Positions 13,044 through 13,082 of a stretch of DNA of 13,082 nucleotides are shown piece by piece; the stretch's first letter is position 1, and the number at the start of each line of letters is the position of its first letter. The DNA comes from Candidatus Thorarchaeota archaeon (GTDB taxonomy: Archaea > Asgardarchaeota > Thorarchaeia > Thorarchaeales > Thorarchaeaceae). The translations under genes were made by a program, and so were the position numbers. The notes beneath the pieces were generated by a model, which was not told the DNA's origin, searched no databases, and saw only the letters and a list, made by a program, of their open reading frames with translations. Where the stretch lies: the NCBI GenBank assembly GCA_003345545.1, contig PRDH01000004.1, positions 1 through 13,082 on the forward strand. The letters run 5' to 3'.

Positions 13044-13082
13044 ATGGCAAACTTCGAGATAAAGGCAAAGGATGGTCTTGCC
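13044..13082 (+). CDS. Probable archaeosine tRNA-guanine transglycosylase (TgtA/ArcS family), first 13 codons only
   Basis: AGGTGA SD at 13032-13037, then ATG 13044: MANFEIKAKDGLA, matching the FEI...DG.(A/G)R.G N-terminus of Tgt-family proteins. Truncated by the window edge, so TgtA and ArcS cannot be distinguished. Confidence 0.6.
   Translation, partial: MANFEIKAKDGLA

Overview
Archaeal chromosomal window, most likely Asgard (Thorarchaeia-like). This is inferred from a Rab-like small GTPase next to archaeal PolB2, Mtr, CofE and Tgt genes and archaeal GGAGG/GGTGA ribosome-binding sites. Left to right: the 5' part of a Rab-like GTPase (minus strand, cut by the window edge, absent from the ORF track); a Zn-ribbon hypothetical protein; a plus-strand two-gene cassette (arCOG07300-like helical protein + PolB2); then a long minus-strand run hflX, metV, metF, mtrH-like, soluble mtrA-like, second mtrH-like, methanogenesis marker protein 14, cofE, larC; and the first 13 codons of a divergent probable archaeosine tRNA-guanine transglycosylase. 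The best candidate for an undescribed system is the metV-metF-mtrH-mtrA-mtrH-mmp14 cluster. A membrane-anchor-less MtrA corrinoid protein sits between two divergent MtrH paralogs, beside a folate-type methylene reductase and an ASKHA-type ATPase, with no mtrBCDEFG or mcr in the window. It reads as a soluble cobamide methyl shuttle between two pterin carriers (H4F and H4MPT). The MtrA tail resembles the MtrB N-terminus and may dock MtrH. Other notable points: probable CTG starts for polB2 and metF, a four-Cys cluster in PolB2 at the position of the Pol epsilon CysX Fe-S site, and a repeated AGAACACTG(A) intergenic motif. All family calls come from motif recognition and recall; no searches were run.
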